Shown here: piece by piece, positions 55,754 through 58,965 of the stretch
Layout of the letters: each line of letters begins with the position of its first letter
Numbering within the stretch: the first letter of the stretch is position 1
NCBI GenBank assembly: GCA_964547515.1
Contig: CAZJOA010000001.1
Span: 1 to 58,965, forward strand
DNA from: an uncultured Faecalibacterium sp.
Lineage (GTDB): Bacteria; Bacillota; Clostridia; Christensenellales; Aristaeellaceae
DNA: 58,965 nucleotides
Reading direction: 5' to 3'
Translations under genes and position numbers: made by a program
The notes under the pieces: model-generated
What the model was told of the DNA's origin: nothing
Database searches by the model: none
The model's input: the letters and a program-made list of their open reading frames with translations, nothing else

Positions 55754-57821
55754 AATCTACAACGGCGTGTGGAAATGCACCTTCGGCATGCCGGAAGCGC
55801 ACACGCCGGTGTCCATGCGCGTGCATGCCCCCTGTGCGGAGGCGCTGGCGGCGCTGCCGGAAGCGGCATTGCCCTTCGACGCGGCGCAGATCGGCTTTTC
55901 CTGCGGACGGCGCGGCGTGACCATCACCCTGCCCATGGATTCCACCGAGGACATCTTCGGCTTCGGCCTGCAGATGCTCAGCGTGAACTACGCCGGCCGC
56001 AAGCGTCTGGTGAAGGTCAATTCCGATCCGAAGATGGACACCGGCGAGGGACATGCTCCCGTGCCGTTCTATGTGTCCAGCGCGGGGTACGCCGTGTTGG
56101 TGGATACCTACCGGTATGCGACCTTCCATATGGGCACGAATGCCCGGCGCGGCGCGTCCGCCCATGTGACGGCGGTGAATCAGCCCCATAAGGAGTTCAG
56201 CGAATCCGCCCTGTATGCCTTCAAGCGCGCCCGCGAACAGCGCCAGGTCATCATCGACATCCCGGCGGCACAGGGCGTGGAGGTGTATTTCTTCTCCGGC
56301 AATATCCGGGAAGCGGTGCAGCGGTATAACCTGTTTTCCGGCGGCGGATGCCTCCCGCCCATGTGGGGCTTGGGCATGTGGTATCGCATGTATGGCGGAT
56401 GCGACCAGGAGCGGTTCGTCGCCCTGGCAGAGCGCTTCCGCCGGGAGAGGATGCCCATCGACGTGCTGGGTGTCGAACCGGGCTGGCACAGCCATTCCTA
56501 TTCGTGCACCTACGAATGGAGCAGCCTCTTCCCCGAGCCCCAGCGGATGATCGACCGCATTCGGGACATGGGCTATCAGCTGAACCTATGGGAGCATGCC
56601 TTCGTCTATCCGGCCTCGCCGATCTATGAGAAGCTGCTGACCCATTCGGGGGACTACGAGGTGTGGAACGGCCTTGTGCCGGACATGGCGGACGCGGAAG
56701 CCCGGCGGGTCTTCTCCGACTGGCATGATGAGCATTTTGTCCAGAATGGCATTACAGGTTTCAAACTGGACGAGTGCGATAACTCCGACTACAACGCCTC
56801 CAACTGGTCGTTTCCGGATGCGAGCCGTTTCCCCTCCGGGATGGACGGGGAGCAGATGCACAATGCCATCGGCGTGCTGTATCAGCAGATGATGGAGACG
56901 ATGTTCCGCCGGCGGAATATCCGCACATACTCCCAGGTGCGTTCGTCGGGGGCATTGGCTGCACCGCTGCCCTTCGTGCTCTACAGCGACCTGTATGACC
57001 ATCGGGCGTTTATCCGCGCCATGGTGACGGCACCCTTTTCGGGCATGCTCTGGGCACCCGAGGTGCGTTCCTGCGCCAGCGGACGCGACCTCCTCCGCCG
57101 CGTCCAGACCGTGATCTTCTCCGTCCATGCGCTTTTGAACTGCTGGCGCATTCCCAATCCCCCGTGGTATCAGGTGGACGTGCAGGCGAATCTGGCCGGC
57201 ATCCCCATGGAGGACGCGGCGTACTATCAGGATGAATGCCGGAAGCTGTTCGAATTGCGCATGTCGCTGCTGCCCTATCTGTACAGCGCCTTTGCGGAGT
57301 ACCACAAGACCGGTGTGCCGCCCGTGCGTGCGGTGTGCATGGATGCGCCGCTGGATGAGAGCCTGCGCGGCATCGACGATCAGTTCATGTTCGGGCGAGA
57401 CCTGATGGTGTGTCCGCTGACGCTGGAGGACGGCACGGAGCGCAAGGTCATCCTGCCGGACGGGGTCTGGTATGACTTCTTCACCGGCGAACGCCATGCG
57501 GGCGGCCGGATGCTGAATGTCCATGCGGACTGGAACGAGATTCCGGTTTATGTCCGCGAGGGAGCGCTCGTCCCCCTGGCAAAGCCTGTCCAGCATGTGA
57601 CGGCGGACACCGTGTTCGACATCACCGTCCGTGCCTATGGCGCAAAGGAAGGCACATGCACGCTCTATGAGGATGATTTCGTCACCTGTGCGCATGAAAC
57701 GCAGGGAAGTCAGCCGATCGTCCTGCGTCGGACGGCGGATGGCACGCTGATGACCGATGGGATCGAGCACAGCAGAAAATACCGTATGGCCGATGGCCGT
57801 GCATCAACAAGGATGGAGTAA
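55746..57821 (+). CDS. GH31 alpha-glycosidase (alpha-xylosidase/glucosidase-like)
   Basis: 691 aa. PMWGLGMWY..., MPIDVLGVEPGW, GITGFKLDECD (nucleophile region). Confidence 0.8.
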   Translation: MNEIYNGVWKCTFGMPEAHTPVSMRVHAPCAEALAALPEAALPFDAAQIGFSCGRRGVTITLPMDSTEDIFGFGLQMLSVNYAGRKRLVKVNSDPKMDTGEGHAPVPFYVSSAGYAVLVDTYRYATFHMGTNARRGASAHVTAVNQPHKEFSESALYAFKRAREQRQVIIDIPAAQGVEVYFFSGNIREAVQRYNLFSGGGCLPPMWGLGMWYRMYGGCDQERFVALAERFRRERMPIDVLGVEPGWHSHSYSCTYEWSSLFPEPQRMIDRIRDMGYQLNLWEHAFVYPASPIYEKLLTHSGDYEVWNGLVPDMADAEARRVFSDWHDEHFVQNGITGFKLDECDNSDYNASNWSFPDASRFPSGMDGEQMHNAIGVLYQQMMETMFRRRNIRTYSQVRSSGALAAPLPFVLYSDLYDHRAFIRAMVTAPFSGMLWAPEVRSCASGRDLLRRVQTVIFSVHALLNCWRIPNPPWYQVDVQANLAGIPMEDAAYYQDECRKLFELRMSLLPYLYSAFAEYHKTGVPPVRAVCMDAPLDESLRGIDDQFMFGRDLMVCPLTLEDGTERKVILPDGVWYDFFTGERHAGGRMLNVHADWNEIPVYVREGALVPLAKPVQHVTADTVFDITVRAYGAKEGTCTLYEDDFVTCAHETQGSQPIVLRRTADGTLMTDGIEHSRKYRMADGRASTRME

Positions 57822-57825
57822 GACG

Positions 57826-58965
57826 ATGAACCGATGCTTGAAGGAAACGCTGGCCAAAGTGATGGAGAAGCTGTCCTGGGTGAGCGAAAGCGCGAAGGAC
57901 AAGATCCCGTATACCACCATCGACGGCGTGTATGATGACCGCGCAGCCATGGATATGACCCAGTGTGACATCGCGGACGGCATCAACTGGTGGTGCAATG
58001 GGTTCTGGGCGGGCATGATGTGGATGCTGTATGCCCGGACGCATGAGGAACGGTATGCGGACATCGCCCGGCTGACGGAAAGGAAGCTGGATGCCTGCTT
58101 TGCGCAGTTCTACGGGCTGCACCACGATGTGGGCTTCATGTGGATGCCCAGCGCGGTGAATGACTATCGCCTCACGGGCGATGCGGATGCGCGCCGTCGG
58201 GCGCTCCATGCGGCGAATCTCCTGGCCGGGCGCTTCAACCCGGTGGGACGCTTCATCCGCGCGTGGAATGATCTCCCCGATGGCAGCGACACCCGCGGGT
58301 GGGTCATCATCGACTGCATGCTGAACATCCCCCTGCTGTACTGGGCGAGCGAGGAAACGGGAGATCCGCGCTTTCGTCAGATGGCGATGGCGCATGCGGA
58401 CACGGTGCTGGAGCATTTCATCCGTGCGGACGGCTCGGTCCGGCATATCGTCGAATTCGACCCGGAAACGGGGGCATTCGTGCGGGATTACGGCGGACAG
58501 GGCTATGCGCTGGGTTCGTCCTGGACGCGCGGTCAGGGCTGGGGCTTGTATGGCTTCATGATGAGCTACCGTCACACGGGCAAGGCGGCCTATCTGGACG
58601 CGGCGGAAAGGATCGCGCGGTACTTCATCGCCCATATCCCTGCGGATGGGCTGATCCCGGTGGACTTCTGTCAGCCGCCCGAGCCGAATTGGTATGATGA
58701 CACGGCGGCGGCCATTGCGGCGTGCGGCCTGCTGGAATTGTCGCGGTCGGTGGCGGACGGCACGGCATACCGCGCGGCGGCGGAGAAGCTGCTCTGTGCG
58801 CTGAGCGGAAAGCACTGCGACTTCAGCCATGCCACGCAGAGCATCCTGCAAAGGTGCACCGGCGCATACCACAGCGCGGAGCATGAGTTCGCCATCATCT
58901 ACGGTGACTTCTTCTTCCTGGAGGCACTGCTGAAGCTGGCGGGGAACGACCATTTCATGTGGTAA
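57826..58965 (+). CDS. GH88 unsaturated glucuronyl hydrolase
   Basis: 379 aa. WWCNGFWAGMMW, HDVGFMW, WVIIDCMLNIPLLYWA, SWTRGQGWGLYGF are typical GH88 motifs. Confidence 0.85.
   Translation: MNRCLKETLAKVMEKLSWVSESAKDKIPYTTIDGVYDDRAAMDMTQCDIADGINWWCNGFWAGMMWMLYARTHEERYADIARLTERKLDACFAQFYGLHHDVGFMWMPSAVNDYRLTGDADARRRALHAANLLAGRFNPVGRFIRAWNDLPDGSDTRGWVIIDCMLNIPLLYWASEETGDPRFRQMAMAHADTVLEHFIRADGSVRHIVEFDPETGAFVRDYGGQGYALGSSWTRGQGWGLYGFMMSYRHTGKAAYLDAAERIARYFIAHIPADGLIPVDFCQPPEPNWYDDTAAAIAACGLLELSRSVADGTAYRAAAEKLLCALSGKHCDFSHATQSILQRCTGAYHSAEHEFAIIYGDFFFLEALLKLAGNDHFMW

Overview
GC-rich, Firmicutes/Clostridia-like chromosomal segment (strong AGGAGG-type ribosome-binding sites, LCP protein, PyrR attenuator). 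It has four parts. (1) 1-7.8 kb: a complete, apparently intact type I-C CRISPR-Cas operon, cas3-cas5c-cas8c-cas7c-cas4-cas1-cas2, with its own promoter. (2) 7.99-23.15 kb: an accessory island sitting where the CRISPR array should be. The leader-proximal repeat is half degenerate (7987-8020). A canonical I-C repeat lies 12.2 kb away (20218-20250). The two share an identical 17-nt core and bracket a satellite/PICI-like integrative element. That element carries an integrase with an in-frame stop, repressors, HicAB, a cI/cro-type switch, a Xis-like gene, YqaJ/RecT, a primase/VirE replication module, an iteron plus AT-rich ori, a tRNA-like gene, and a decayed ART/polyvalent gene. No capsid, terminase or lysis genes are present. 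Next come further MGE debris and a low-GC gene fragment. No spacer-repeat units are visible anywhere in the window. (3) 23.2-30.3 kb: housekeeping genes, namely a YfbR-like HD nucleotidase, an LCP protein, pyrR-pyrP with attenuator, an orphan SLOG/DUF2493 gene, and a small RHH regulator plus a Zn/Cd-type P1B ATPase. (4) 30.4-59 kb: a large glycan-utilisation cluster. It holds a secreted lyase-like protein, a GH28-like protein, two solute-binding proteins (one about 960 aa), two ABC permease pairs flanking NHL/TPR, Yip1 and a large unknown protein, an AraC regulator, a dehydrogenase, two heparinase II/III-like giants, GH31 and GH88. The main hunt result is the mobile element inserted exactly into the first CRISPR repeat. 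All calls rest on reading the sequence and remembered family motifs. No database search was run.
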